A DNA stretch of 64,000 bases from Spirochaetia bacterium. Its GTDB lineage: Bacteria; Spirochaetota; Spirochaetia; SZUA-6; Bin103. Positions within the stretch are counted from its first letter, which is position 1, and every line of letters begins with the position of its first letter. Positions 28,288-37,268 of this stretch are shown here, in pieces. The stretch spans positions 800,001 through 864,000 of the forward strand of contig CBDBOV010000004.1 in NCBI GenBank assembly GCA_965208575.1, in the 5' to 3' direction. The notes under the pieces were generated by a model that worked only from the letters and a program-made list of their open reading frames with translations, had not been told where the DNA came from and made no database searches. Made by a program: the position numbers and the translations under genes.

Positions 28288-29239
28288 CGAGCCGGGCACC
28301 GGCGACCCCGGGATGGCCATTGACGAATGCCTGCCACTGCATCGGCTTCTTGCCCTGGAGCTGCAACTCCCGCACCCACAGGCCCTGCCGCCCGGCTCGC
28401 ACCAGGATTCCGCGCCGCTTGTCCACGGCCACCACCTCGCCCGGCGCGCCCGCCGGCAGCGCCGTGCCGCTGTCGTCCAGCGCGGCCGCCAGGATGGTCA
28501 GCCCGCGGCCCGACCAGGTCGTGTACGCCCGCGGCCACGGCTGGTACGCGCGCACCGCCCGCTCGATCGCCGCCGCCGGCTGCCGCCAGTCGATCCGCCC
28601 CTGTTCCTTGGCCAGCAGTCCGCACCAGGTAGCCGCCGTCTCCTCCTGCGGACGCGGTCTCTCGCGTCCCGCCGCGATCGCGTCTACCGCCTCGCGCAGG
28701 AGTTCCGCGCCGATGCGCGCCAGCCGCGTCGTCAGCGACGCGCTGGTGTCGGTCGGCAGCAGCGCAACCGCGCGCTGCACGAGGATGTCGCCCGCGTCCA
28801 CCGCCGCCGCCAGGCGCTGCACCGTGACCCCGGTACGCTCCATGCCGGCGAGAATGGCCGCGGGAACCGGCGCGGGACCGCGCAGCTCCGGGAGCAGCGA
28901 CGGATGCACGTTGACGCCGCCACGCGGGAACAGGTCCAGGAAGTAGGGACGGAAGATCTTGCCGTACGCCACGGCCACCAGCAGGTCCGGCTGCAGCGCG
29001 GCCAGCTCGGCGCTGAACGAGCGACCGATACGGTGCGGCTGCAGCACCGGCAGCCCGCGTTCGGCGGCGCGCCGCTTCACCGGCGGCGCCTGCGGCGTGC
29101 CGCGCCGCCCGGCCGGCCGGTCGGGGGCGGTCACGACGGCACACAGCTCTTCGCGGGCGAGGACATCGAACGCCGGGACGGCGAATTCCGGCGTGCCGGC
29201 GAACACGATACGCACCGCGTCAGTCGGCGTCCCCGACAC
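28280..29239 (-). CDS. fmt: Methionyl-tRNA formyltransferase
   Basis: VFAGTPEFA, VTAPDRPAGR, NVHPSLLP..RGPAP, DAGDI. Confidence 0.96.
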   Translation of the reverse strand: MSGTPTDAVRIVFAGTPEFAVPAFDVLAREELCAVVTAPDRPAGRRGTPQAPPVKRRAAERGLPVLQPHRIGRSFSAELAALQPDLLVAVAYGKIFRPYFLDLFPRGGVNVHPSLLPELRGPAPVPAAILAGMERTGVTVQRLAAAVDAGDILVQRAVALLPTDTSASLTTRLARIGAELLREAVDAIAAGRERPRPQEETAATWCGLLAKEQGRIDWRQPAAAIERAVRAYQPWPRAYTTWSGRGLTILAAALDDSGTALPAGAPGEVVAVDKRRGILVRAGRQGLWVRELQLQGKKPMQWQAFVNGHPGVAGARLGE

Positions 29240-29726
29240 TCGCCTCCGTGCCCTGCGCGTACTCCCGGCACACGCGCTCGCGTTCCTCGCCGCTGAGGTG
29301 GTCGATGAACAGGGTGCCGTTCAGATGATCGAGTTCGTGCAAGATCACGCGCGCGAGCATCCCGTCGGCCTCCAGGGAAAACAACCGTCCGCGCCGGTTG
29401 CGCGCCTGCACGCGGACGTGGACCGGCCGTTCCACGTCGGCGCGCGGACCGGGGATACTCAGGCAGCCTTCTTCGCGGCTCTCGGTCTCGATGCCGGTGC
29501 GGACGATCTCGGGGTTGATGAACACCCGCTCGCGATCTTCGGGCGCGCGGGTCACGAACAGCCGCACCATGCGGTTCACCTGGGTGGCGGCGAGACCGAT
29601 GCCTTCATGCCGCTTCATCACGGCCAGCATGTCGTCGGCGAGGCGGCGCAACTCGGGAGTCACTTTGGGCACCGGATCGGCACGCCGGCGGAGCGCGGGG
29701 TGGCCAAGCGTGACAACTTCAAGCAT
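29220..29726 (-). CDS. def: Peptide deformylase
   Basis: GIGLAATQV, EGCLSIP, HELDHLNG. Confidence 0.96.
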   Translation of the reverse strand: MLEVVTLGHPALRRRADPVPKVTPELRRLADDMLAVMKRHEGIGLAATQVNRMVRLFVTRAPEDRERVFINPEIVRTGIETESREEGCLSIPGPRADVERPVHVRVQARNRRGRLFSLEADGMLARVILHELDHLNGTLFIDHLSGEERERVCREYAQGTEASVGDAD

Positions 29727-29748
29727 GGACAACTTCAAGCATGGACAA
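29712..29748. repeat. 16-bp tandem duplication spanning the def start codon
   Basis: GACAACTTCAAGCATG x2 plus GACAA. Confidence 0.9.
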
Positions 29749-29802
29749 GCGATAACATGGCGAACGCGCGGCGCGATTGTCAAACGGGGGAGTCCGCAAG
29801 CG

Positions 29803-31782
29803 CTACAGCACCGAGGTCGGATCCACGTCGATCTCCAGGTGGGTGCCGGCGGGTGGCTTGAAGGTGAGCCATGCGCGCTTCAGCCACCGGTGCAGCGGGC
29901 CGATGGTGCGATGGCGCAGCAGCAGATGGAACCGGTAGCTGCCGGCAATCCGCTCGATCGGGCACTCTACCGGACCGAGCATCTCGCCTTCCGCGGCCGC
30001 GCCGCGGCCACGTTCCAGGTGCTCGGCGAAGCTGGTGGCCGCCGCGTGCGCGCGCTGCTTGCTGCGCGACCGGAACACCAGCCGGATGAGCCGGGTGAAC
30101 GGCGGGAACCCGGTCTCGCGCCGCGTCGCGATCTCGCGCCGGTAGAATTCGTCGCTGCGGCCCTCCACCGCCAGCCGGATGGCGGGCCGGTCCGCCTGGT
30201 ACGTCTGCACCAGCACGCGGCCGTCGGGCAGCGAGCGCCCGGCGCGGCCGGCGACCTGCACGATCAGATTGAACGTTCGCTCGGCCGCGCGGAAGTCGGG
30301 CAGATGCAGGCCGGTGTCGGCGTTGATGATGCCGACCAGCCGCACCGCGGGGAAGTTGAGCCCCTTGGCCACCATCTGGGTGCCGACCAGCACGTCCACG
30401 GCGCCGCTGCGAAACCGGCTGAGCACGTCGCGCAGTTCGCCGCGGTCGCGCAACGCGTCGGTGTCCAGGCGCTGCACGCGCACTCCCGGCAGCACCGCGG
30501 CCAGCTCCTGTTCGACCCGCTGGGTGCCGAATCCGCCGTAGCCGATGTCCAGCGACGCGCACTCCGGACACACGCGCAGCGGAGCGGTCCGGTAGCCGCA
30601 ATAGTGGCACAGCATCACGCCCCTCGCCTTGTGATACGTGAGGCTCACCGAGCAGCGCACGCAGCGCATCTCGAAACCGCAACTCCGGCAGTGAAAGAAG
30701 TAGGAGAACCCGCGCCGGTTCAGAAACAGGATCGACTGGCGTCCGGCCGCCGCCGCGGAGCGGATCTCGTCCACCAGCCGCTCCGACAGCGGACCCGGCC
30801 GGCCCTTCATCTCCACCACCTCGACCGACGGCATGCGCGCCCCGCCCGGCCGGCGGGTCAGGTCAAGGCGGCGCAGCACGCCGCGCCGCATGTGGTGCAG
30901 CGCCTCCAGCGACGGCGTCGCGCTGCCCATCACCAGGGTGGCGCCCTCGGCGGAACAGCGGTGCATCGCCACCTGGCGCGCATGGTAGCGCGGCGTGGCG
31001 CCCGCCTTGTAGGAGGTCTCATGCTCCTCGTCGATCACCAGCAGGCCCAGGTCGCGCAGCGGTGCGAACACCGCGCTGCGCGCGCCGATCACCACGCGCG
31101 CCGCCCCGCGCCGGATGCGGCGCCACTGCTGCAGCCGCTGCGACGGGGTGAGCGCGGAGTGGATCACCGCCACCCGGTCGCCGAACACGTCGCCGAACTG
31201 ATCCACCACCTGGTGGGTCAGGGCGATTTCCGGCACCAGGTAAATCACCCCGCGTCCGGCCGCCACCACGCGCTTCGCGGCGGCCATGAATACCGCCGTC
31301 TTGCCGGATCCGGTCACCCCGCGCAGGTAGAAGCGCGGCGGCTGCGCGCCGCCGGCGGCATGCCGGGCGTCCGGCGCCGTCAGCGCCGCCACCGCGTGCT
31401 CCTGCTCCTCGGTCAGCGCGTGGTCCCGCCACCGTTCGACGGCGCCGCCGCCGTCGTCGGGCAGGATCTCGCGCCGCCCGGAGGGAATCATGGCCGCCAG
31501 CGCCTCGCCGACCGCGCACAGGTAGGTGTCCGCCACCCACCGGGCCAGCTCCAGCAGCGCGTCGTCGAACACCGGCTGCGCGTCGACGCGGCGCGCGATG
31601 GCGCGCAACTCCACGCCGGCCGGAGGGCGGCGCGGCGTGCCCACCACGAAGCCGGTGACCCGCCGCCTGCCGAATGGAGCCACGACGCGCACGCCACTGG
31701 CGGTTTCCCCGTCGTCCAGGTCGAGATAGGTGAACGTCTGTTGCACGGGCAGGTTGAACGCAACCTGCAGGTAGCGGGGCAC
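29803..31782 (-). CDS. priA: Primosomal protein N' (replication restart helicase)
   Basis: GVTGSGKT, LVPEIALT, IDEEHE, SATPS, four CxxC pairs, GTQMVAKG, QVAGRAGR. Confidence 0.96.
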   Translation of the reverse strand: MPRYLQVAFNLPVQQTFTYLDLDDGETASGVRVVAPFGRRRVTGFVVGTPRRPPAGVELRAIARRVDAQPVFDDALLELARWVADTYLCAVGEALAAMIPSGRREILPDDGGGAVERWRDHALTEEQEHAVAALTAPDARHAAGGAQPPRFYLRGVTGSGKTAVFMAAAKRVVAAGRGVIYLVPEIALTHQVVDQFGDVFGDRVAVIHSALTPSQRLQQWRRIRRGAARVVIGARSAVFAPLRDLGLLVIDEEHETSYKAGATPRYHARQVAMHRCSAEGATLVMGSATPSLEALHHMRRGVLRRLDLTRRPGGARMPSVEVVEMKGRPGPLSERLVDEIRSAAAAGRQSILFLNRRGFSYFFHCRSCGFEMRCVRCSVSLTYHKARGVMLCHYCGYRTAPLRVCPECASLDIGYGGFGTQRVEQELAAVLPGVRVQRLDTDALRDRGELRDVLSRFRSGAVDVLVGTQMVAKGLNFPAVRLVGIINADTGLHLPDFRAAERTFNLIVQVAGRAGRSLPDGRVLVQTYQADRPAIRLAVEGRSDEFYRREIATRRETGFPPFTRLIRLVFRSRSKQRAHAAATSFAEHLERGRGAAAEGEMLGPVECPIERIAGSYRFHLLLRHRTIGPLHRWLKRAWLTFKPPAGTHLEIDVDPTSVL

Positions 31783-31793
31783 GCGTGCTCCCG

Positions 31794-32591
31794 TCAGTCT
31801 GGTCGGCCGTCGCCGGGCGCCGCCGGCGCGCGGTCGGGCGCGTGCGCCGCGGTTCCGGCCCCGGAGACGGGTGCGCCGGGCTCGGCGAGCAGGTGCTGCA
31901 GGCGGCGCAGGTCGTCCCACACCGCGCGCCGCAGCGACTGGTTGCGCAGCACGCCGCTCGGGTGGTAGGTCGCTACCAGCGGTACGGGGTGCGCGAGCCC
32001 GGGAATCCGGTAGGAGTGGGTCTGCAGACGCAGCGCGGCCATCGTGGCGGCCTGCCCGGTGAGAAGCTGGCCCGCGATCCGGCCGACGGTCAGTATGGCG
32101 CGCGGTGCGAGCAGCCGCATCTGGCGCTGCAGGAACGGCAGGCAGGCCTGCGATTCGTCGCCGGCGGGATCGCGGTTGTCGGGCGGCCGGCACTTCACCA
32201 CGTTGGTGATGAAACAGTTGTCGGCGCGCCGCAGCTCGATCGCCTCCAGCCACCGGTCCAGGTACTCCCCGGCGCGGCCCACGAACGGCCTGCCGGTGCG
32301 ATCCTCGTCGTAGCCCGGCCCCTCGCCGACCACCAGCACCAAGGGCTGCGCCGCGCCCTCTCCCGGCACCGTGCGGGTGCGCCCGCGGCACAGCCCGCAC
32401 GCACGACAGGCCGCGACCTCGCCGGCCACCGCGTCCAGGCTGTCTTCGCGGGCGACCTCGGCGGGCGCCGCCGGCGCCGCTTCCCGCGCCGGCAACCGCA
32501 CCGGCGGCGGATCGCCCGCCGTTCGCTCGCCGCCGGTGTAGTAGTCCTCGATCAGGCTCAGCAGGCGCCAGTAGCGCTGGTCAGGCGTCAT
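31794..32591 (-). CDS. Uracil-DNA glycosylase, family 4
   Basis: CRAC.LC, VGEGPG..ED..GRPFVG, NVVKCRPP.NR, TYHPS. Confidence 0.93.
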   Translation of the reverse strand: MTPDQRYWRLLSLIEDYYTGGERTAGDPPPVRLPAREAAPAAPAEVAREDSLDAVAGEVAACRACGLCRGRTRTVPGEGAAQPLVLVVGEGPGYDEDRTGRPFVGRAGEYLDRWLEAIELRRADNCFITNVVKCRPPDNRDPAGDESQACLPFLQRQMRLLAPRAILTVGRIAGQLLTGQAATMAALRLQTHSYRIPGLAHPVPLVATYHPSGVLRNQSLRRAVWDDLRRLQHLLAEPGAPVSGAGTAAHAPDRAPAAPGDGRPD

Positions 32592-33406
32592 GGGTCGGGA
32601 GTGAGCGGAGGATACCACACGCGCTCCAGGAACAGGCCGCGCGCCGGCGCCGTCCGGCCCACCTCGGCGCGGCGCCGGCCCGCGACCAGGCGCCGCACGT
32701 CGCTGGCGGGAGCTTCCATGGCGGCCAGCTCCAGCAGCGTGCCCACGATGCTGCGCACCATCTTCCACAGGAAGGAGGTGGCCACGATGTGGAACACCAC
32801 ATACGGCGGCGACGGGTAGAACGACGCGCTTAGCACCCGTCGAACCTTGCTCGGGCTCGGATCCCGGGCTGCCGCGAACACCGTGAAGTCGTGTTCGCCG
32901 ACCAGGAGTCCGGCGGCCCGGTTCAGGTGACGGAGGTCGAGCCGCTGGCGAACGTGGTAGCAGTAGCGGCGCAGGTGCGGCAGCCCGACGCCGCCGCAGA
33001 GCAACTGGTAGCGATAGCCGCGCGCCAGCGCGCTGCGGCGCGCGTCGAACCGCGCCGCGGCCGGACACGCCGCCAGCACGCGCACGTCAGGCGGCAGGTA
33101 GGAGTTGATCGCCACCGCCCAGCGCTCGGCGGGAAATGTCATCGGGGCGCTGAAGTTGGCCACCTGACCGGTCGCATGTACTCCCGAGTCGGTACGCCCC
33201 GCCGCCCGCACGCGCACCGGGCGGTCCAGCATCCGCGCCAGCGCCGCCTCCAGCACGCCCTGGACGGTGCGTTCGTCGTTCTGCACCTGCCAGCCGGCGA
33301 AGTCGGTGCCGTCGTAGGCAAGCGTGAGCTTCACGTTGGCATTCGCGGACGCGGCCGACCCGCGGCCGCCCGGTGGCGTGGACCGCTCGGCGGCGCGCCC
33401 GGTCAC
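32588..33406 (-). CDS. truA: tRNA pseudouridine(38-40) synthase
   Basis: AYDGTDFAGWQ, AGRTDSGVHA, GEHDF, FLWKMVR, TAPARGL; start is uncertain (GTG overlapping the acpS stop). Confidence 0.94.
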   Translation of the reverse strand: MTGRAAERSTPPGGRGSAASANANVKLTLAYDGTDFAGWQVQNDERTVQGVLEAALARMLDRPVRVRAAGRTDSGVHATGQVANFSAPMTFPAERWAVAINSYLPPDVRVLAACPAAARFDARRSALARGYRYQLLCGGVGLPHLRRYCYHVRQRLDLRHLNRAAGLLVGEHDFTVFAAARDPSPSKVRRVLSASFYPSPPYVVFHIVATSFLWKMVRSIVGTLLELAAMEAPASDVRRLVAGRRRAEVGRTAPARGLFLERVWYPPLTPDP

Positions 33407-33804
33407 GCGCCGGTTGAGGCGGCCGCGTGGTCGCTCTCGATGACGCACATCGCCAGCACCGCCTCCTTCTCGTGCGACAGGGAAATGAACACGCGCCCGC
33501 CGCCGGCGCGCTGCAGCGCCGCCTTGGCCGATCCGGTAAGCTGCAACTCCGGCTTGCCGTCCGCGTTGTTCAACACCGCCATGTCGCGCAGGGAAAGACC
33601 GGCAAGTCCCGAGCCCAGCGCCTTGCCGAACGCTTCCTTGGCGGCGAACCGCGCCGCCAGCGACAGCACCGCGGCCGCGCCGGAGCGCCGACGGCACTGC
33701 GCCAACTCTTCCGGGTGATAGAACCGTTCCAGCAGGCCCGGAATCTCCTGCCAACGCCGCAGCCGCTGCGGGTGCACCACGTCGATGCCTACACCCAGGA
33801 TCAT
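33403..33804 (-). CDS. acpS: Holo-[acyl-carrier-protein] synthase
   Basis: GVGIDVV, LAARFAAKEAFGKALG, GKP, SLSHE. Confidence 0.95.
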   Translation of the reverse strand: MILGVGIDVVHPQRLRRWQEIPGLLERFYHPEELAQCRRRSGAAAVLSLAARFAAKEAFGKALGSGLAGLSLRDMAVLNNADGKPELQLTGSAKAALQRAGGGRVFISLSHEKEAVLAMCVIESDHAAASTGA

Positions 33805-33838
33805 GCCGCCGCCACCATCGCGCGCCTTGCCGGACCCG

Positions 33839-35032
33839 TCAACCGTCGCGTTGGTTGCATGCAGCTTCCCGCGCCGCGGCCACGAATCGCACCGCCTGCA
33901 CCGCCGCCGGCACGTCGTGCACGCGGATCATGTCCGCGCCGTGCACCAGGGCCACGGTGTTGGCGATCGTGGTACCCGCGAGCCGATCTTCGACCGGCGC
34001 CTGCAATATCTTGCCGATGAAAGACTTGCGTGACACGCCAATGAGCACGGGCGCGAGCGACCGCACGGCCGGCGTGCCGTGCAGCAGGCGCAGGTTGTCG
34101 TGCACGCGCTTGCCGAACCCGATGCCCGGATCCACGATCACCTGGCGGCAATCGATGCCGTCGTCGAGTGCGTCGTTGATGCGCTGCTTGAGTTCCCGCA
34201 CCACCTCCGCGACGGTGTCGCGGTAGGCGGCGCCGCGCTGCATGGTGGCGGGCGTGCCGCGCATGTGGTTGATCACAACCGGCACCCCGCGCTCGGCCGC
34301 CAGGCTGCGCAGGTCGGGATCGCGCAGGCCGTTCACGTCGTTGACCATCACCGCCCCGGCGTCGAGCGCCGCTTCCGCCACCACCGCCTTGCCGGTGTCG
34401 ATGGAGACCGGAGGACCACCCGCCGCCACCACCGCGGCGACCGCCGGCACCACCCGGCGCAGCTCCTCCGCGGCGCTCACCGGCGCCGCGCCGGGGCGCG
34501 TCGACTCGCCGCCGAGATCGACCAGGTCGGCGCCCTGCTCGCGCATGCGCAGCGCGGCCTGCGCCACCGCACCCGGCTCGGTGAGACGGCTGGCGGCATA
34601 GAACGAGTCGGGCGTGATGTTGATGATGCCCATGACCAGCGCGCGCCGCGCATAGTTCAGGGTTCCGGCGGCGGTCGCAATCGCACCCGGCAGTGCCTCC
34701 CACGCCGCCGCCAACTCGAGGCCCAGCCCGCGGGTGACTTCGTGCTGCTGCCAGCATGCCGCGAGTCGCGCCACGCCCGGGCCCGCGATCGTGGCGCGCA
34801 GGGCCGCTCCGCGCACGCTGAAACCGGCGGACAAATCTCGCAGGGACGCGGTGACGATTCGTTGTCGCGGCCGATCAAGCGCGTCGAGGCTGATTTCCGC
34901 TGCGAGCGGCTGCGGCTGCCCCGGACCCGGCCTGCGCCCACCCAAGGGGACGACGCGCAGATTGCGGCGAACGTCGTAGGCCCTGATCCGGAAGAGCGGG
35001 CCGGCGGGCGATGCGTGGGCATCGGGCTTCAT
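33839..35032 (-). CDS. folP: Dihydropteroate synthase with long N-terminal extension
   Basis: MGIINITPDSF, DLGGESTRPG, SIDT, DPGIGFGK, GVSRKS, RVHDV. Confidence 0.94.
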   Translation of the reverse strand: MKPDAHASPAGPLFRIRAYDVRRNLRVVPLGGRRPGPGQPQPLAAEISLDALDRPRQRIVTASLRDLSAGFSVRGAALRATIAGPGVARLAACWQQHEVTRGLGLELAAAWEALPGAIATAAGTLNYARRALVMGIINITPDSFYAASRLTEPGAVAQAALRMREQGADLVDLGGESTRPGAAPVSAAEELRRVVPAVAAVVAAGGPPVSIDTGKAVVAEAALDAGAVMVNDVNGLRDPDLRSLAAERGVPVVINHMRGTPATMQRGAAYRDTVAEVVRELKQRINDALDDGIDCRQVIVDPGIGFGKRVHDNLRLLHGTPAVRSLAPVLIGVSRKSFIGKILQAPVEDRLAGTTIANTVALVHGADMIRVHDVPAAVQAVRFVAAAREAACNQRDG

Positions 35033-35113
35033 CGTCTTCCCTGTCACGGCGTGACCGTACGGACTCACCGCGTTGACGAGACTGCGCGCGCAGTACGCCG
35101 GCGACGGACCACG

Positions 35114-35203
35114 CTACTTCTTCTTGTGCCGGTTCTTTCTGAGCTTTTTCTTGCGCTTGTGAGTAGCTATTTTATGGCGCTTACGCTTCCGCCCACAGGG
35201 CAT
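35114..35203 (-). CDS. AURKAIP1/COX24-domain small basic protein (bS22/mS38-like ribosomal protein), not in the ORF track
   Basis: MPCGRKRKRHKIATHKRKKKLRKNRHKKK (29 aa); GGAG RBS; lies downstream of miaA. Confidence 0.9.
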   Translation of the reverse strand: MPCGRKRKRHKIATHKRKKKLRKNRHKKK

Positions 35204-35313
35204 TGCAACGATACTCCAGTGTTGACCAGGTCGGTGACCAGTGTGTTCAGCCTCGGGATCCGCGACCGGCGCTGCACCGTCACGGGTTGCCGTGGAGTAC
35301 GGAGCGCACGGTA

Positions 35314-35342
35314 ACTATCGCCAACCTGTCCCCCGGTGTCAA
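35314..35342 (-). promoter_or_regulatory. Putative sigma70 promoter for the bS22-like gene
   Basis: Minus strand TTGACA-N17-GATAGT. Confidence 0.5.
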
Positions 35343-35457
35343 GGTGCCGTGCGTCAAGGTGCCGTGCGTCAAGGTGCCGTGCGTCAAGGTGCCGTGCGTC
35401 AAGGTGCCGTGCGTCAAGGTGCCGTGCGTCAAGGTGCCGTGCGTCAAGGTGCCGTGC
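35338..35457. repeat. Perfect 15-bp tandem repeat x8
   Basis: GTCAAGGTGCCGTGC x8 with no spacers; the unit contains the miaA stop codon. Confidence 0.97.
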
Positions 35458-36409
35458 GCGCGAGAAACCGCTCCATTGCCGTGCCGACTTCGGCGCTGGC
35501 ATCGGCCGGCAGCCAGCGGACCTCCGGGAAGCGCCGGAAGAAGGTGAGCTGGCGCTTTGCCAGCCGCCGCGTGTTGCGCTGGATCAGCCGCAGTATCGTT
35601 TCATCCGGGGCCGAGTGGTCCTGGAAGAACTCCGCGTAACCGATGCTGCGCAGTCCCGGTGTGTCGCGGTGGTAGCCGCGCGCGCGCAACGCCGCCACCT
35701 CGGCGGCCAGGCCGCCGGCGAACATCTGCTCCACCCGTCGATCGATGCGCCGGTACAGATCGGCGCGATCCCGATGCAGCCCCAGGATCAGCAACTCGAA
35801 ATCGCTGCGCACCGTCTCGGACGGGCGGAACGACGACCATGGCGTACCGGTGAGCCGGATCACCTCGAGAGCGCGCAGCACCCGATTCACGTCCGCCTGT
35901 GGCAGCCGCGCCGCGCCGTCCGGGTCGCTGCGGGCAAGCTCGGCGTGCAGCGCCGCCGCACCCTCGGTGCGCAGCCGTTCGCGCAACTCGCGCCGGATTC
36001 TCGGGTCGGCCGGAGGCGCCGCCGATAGCCCGTGCAACAGTGACCACAGGTAGAACGCCGCGCCGCCGGCCACCACCGCCCGGCCGCCGCGCCGCTCGAT
36101 CTCGCCCACCAGGCGGTTCGCAGCGCGCACGAAGTCGCCCGCGGTGAACTGGCGGTCGGGGGCCACGACGTCGACCAGGTGATGCGGCATCCGGCGGCGC
36201 AACTGCTGCGGCGGCTTGGCCGTACCCGCGTCGAGTTCGCGGTACACCTGACGCGAGTCGGCATTGATCACTTCCACCTGCCAGCGGCGCAAGCGCGGCA
36301 GCAGGTCTTCAAGGAGCCGAGACTTCCCGACCGCCGTCGGGCCCAGCAGCAGCGTTACGCGCGGGCGAGGAGCGGCTTGCGCGCCGGCGCGCGAACCCGG
36401 TTCCGCCAT
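35444..36409 (-). CDS. miaA: tRNA dimethylallyltransferase
   Basis: GPTAVGKS, NADSRQVY, GTAKP, PHHL, RVLRALEV, TRRLAKRQ. Confidence 0.96.
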   Translation of the reverse strand: MAEPGSRAGAQAAPRPRVTLLLGPTAVGKSRLLEDLLPRLRRWQVEVINADSRQVYRELDAGTAKPPQQLRRRMPHHLVDVVAPDRQFTAGDFVRAANRLVGEIERRGGRAVVAGGAAFYLWSLLHGLSAAPPADPRIRRELRERLRTEGAAALHAELARSDPDGAARLPQADVNRVLRALEVIRLTGTPWSSFRPSETVRSDFELLILGLHRDRADLYRRIDRRVEQMFAGGLAAEVAALRARGYHRDTPGLRSIGYAEFFQDHSAPDETILRLIQRNTRRLAKRQLTFFRRFPEVRWLPADASAEVGTAMERFLARTAP

Positions 36410-36441
36410 CGACGACGCCCCGACTCGGCAGCGCGGATGCG

Positions 36442-36633
36442 CTACCGCGCTATCTCGTACTTCACCTTCTTGGTGAGAATCTGCTGGATGGAGGTGGAGA
36501 CGATCTTGCCCTTGTTCGCTTCGATATCTTCGTCGCCGGTCAAGGCGAGCTGGTGCGCGCGGCGCATCGCGGCAGCCGAGAGCTGATAGCGGTTATCGAC
36601 ATTTCCGATCAGAAGGTGCAGAGGAAGAATCAC
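36442..36633 (-). CDS. rpoZ: RNA polymerase omega subunit (spirochete type)
   Basis: ILPL..L.....NRYQL..AAMRRA.QL; located between cmk and miaA. Confidence 0.8.
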   Translation of the reverse strand: MILPLHLLIGNVDNRYQLSAAAMRRAHQLALTGDEDIEANKGKIVSTSIQQILTKKVKYEIAR

Positions 36634-36715
36634 GTCCACCCAATTATATAGCCGTTGCCGCGCTTCGGGTATCGGAATTGTCCGCCGCCGCGTCCGCCAC
36701 CGCCGGCGCGGGCCG

Positions 36716-37255
36716 TCAGCTCACGCCGCCGCCGGCAACGCCGCCACGCGCGCGCGCCGCCGCGACAATGGCTGCCGCCGCCGCGAATTGATCGTACGCC
36801 GACGTATCGATTACCAGGTCGGCGGGTGCGGCGTCGTCGATGTCGATCCGGTACAGTTCCAGGTAGCGCTGCCGGTCGTTGGCGTCGCGCCGTCCGGTGT
36901 CGACTTCGGCGGCGGCGTACGCGGTGTGCTCGCGCCGCGCGATGCGCCGCGCCCGCACCTCCGGAGGCGCGGTCAGGTACACCTTCAGCTCGGCATCCGC
37001 GAGCAGCCAGATGGCGAGCCGCGAGGCGAGTACGCAGGCGCCGCCGGCCGCCGCGGCGAGCTGGCGCCGGTCGAGGGTGCGGTCGATCGAGAAATCGCGC
37101 GCCGCGCGCGCGTGCAGCTCGGCAAAACCGACTCCGTATTCGGCGGCGAGGTTCTTGAACGTGTAGTTGATCAGCCGCAGGCCGAGGCGGTCGGCGACCA
37201 GGCGCGATACCGTCGAGTTTCCGCAGCCGCTCTTGCCCGAGATCGCTATGCGCAT
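36716..37255 (-). CDS. cmk: Cytidylate kinase (type 2)
   Basis: IAISGKSGCGNST, INYTF, SRLAIW, RARRI..RE, RY..LY.ID. Confidence 0.85.
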   Translation of the reverse strand: MRIAISGKSGCGNSTVSRLVADRLGLRLINYTFKNLAAEYGVGFAELHARAARDFSIDRTLDRRQLAAAAGGACVLASRLAIWLLADAELKVYLTAPPEVRARRIARREHTAYAAAEVDTGRRDANDRQRYLELYRIDIDDAAPADLVIDTSAYDQFAAAAAIVAAARARGGVAGGGVS

Positions 37256-37268
37256 CGGCGTGGCCCGG

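Noticed and set aside
34650-35032. Novel domain fused to FolP
   Set aside because: Long N-terminal extensions are known in FolP from several phyla; no distinct motif seen
35338-35457. Possible CRISPR array
   Set aside because: 15-bp units are head-to-tail with no spacers, and there are no cas genes in the window
37200-37255. Apparently defective P-loop (GCGNST) in cmk
   Set aside because: As I recall, this Asn variant is usual in spirochete type-2 cytidylate kinases
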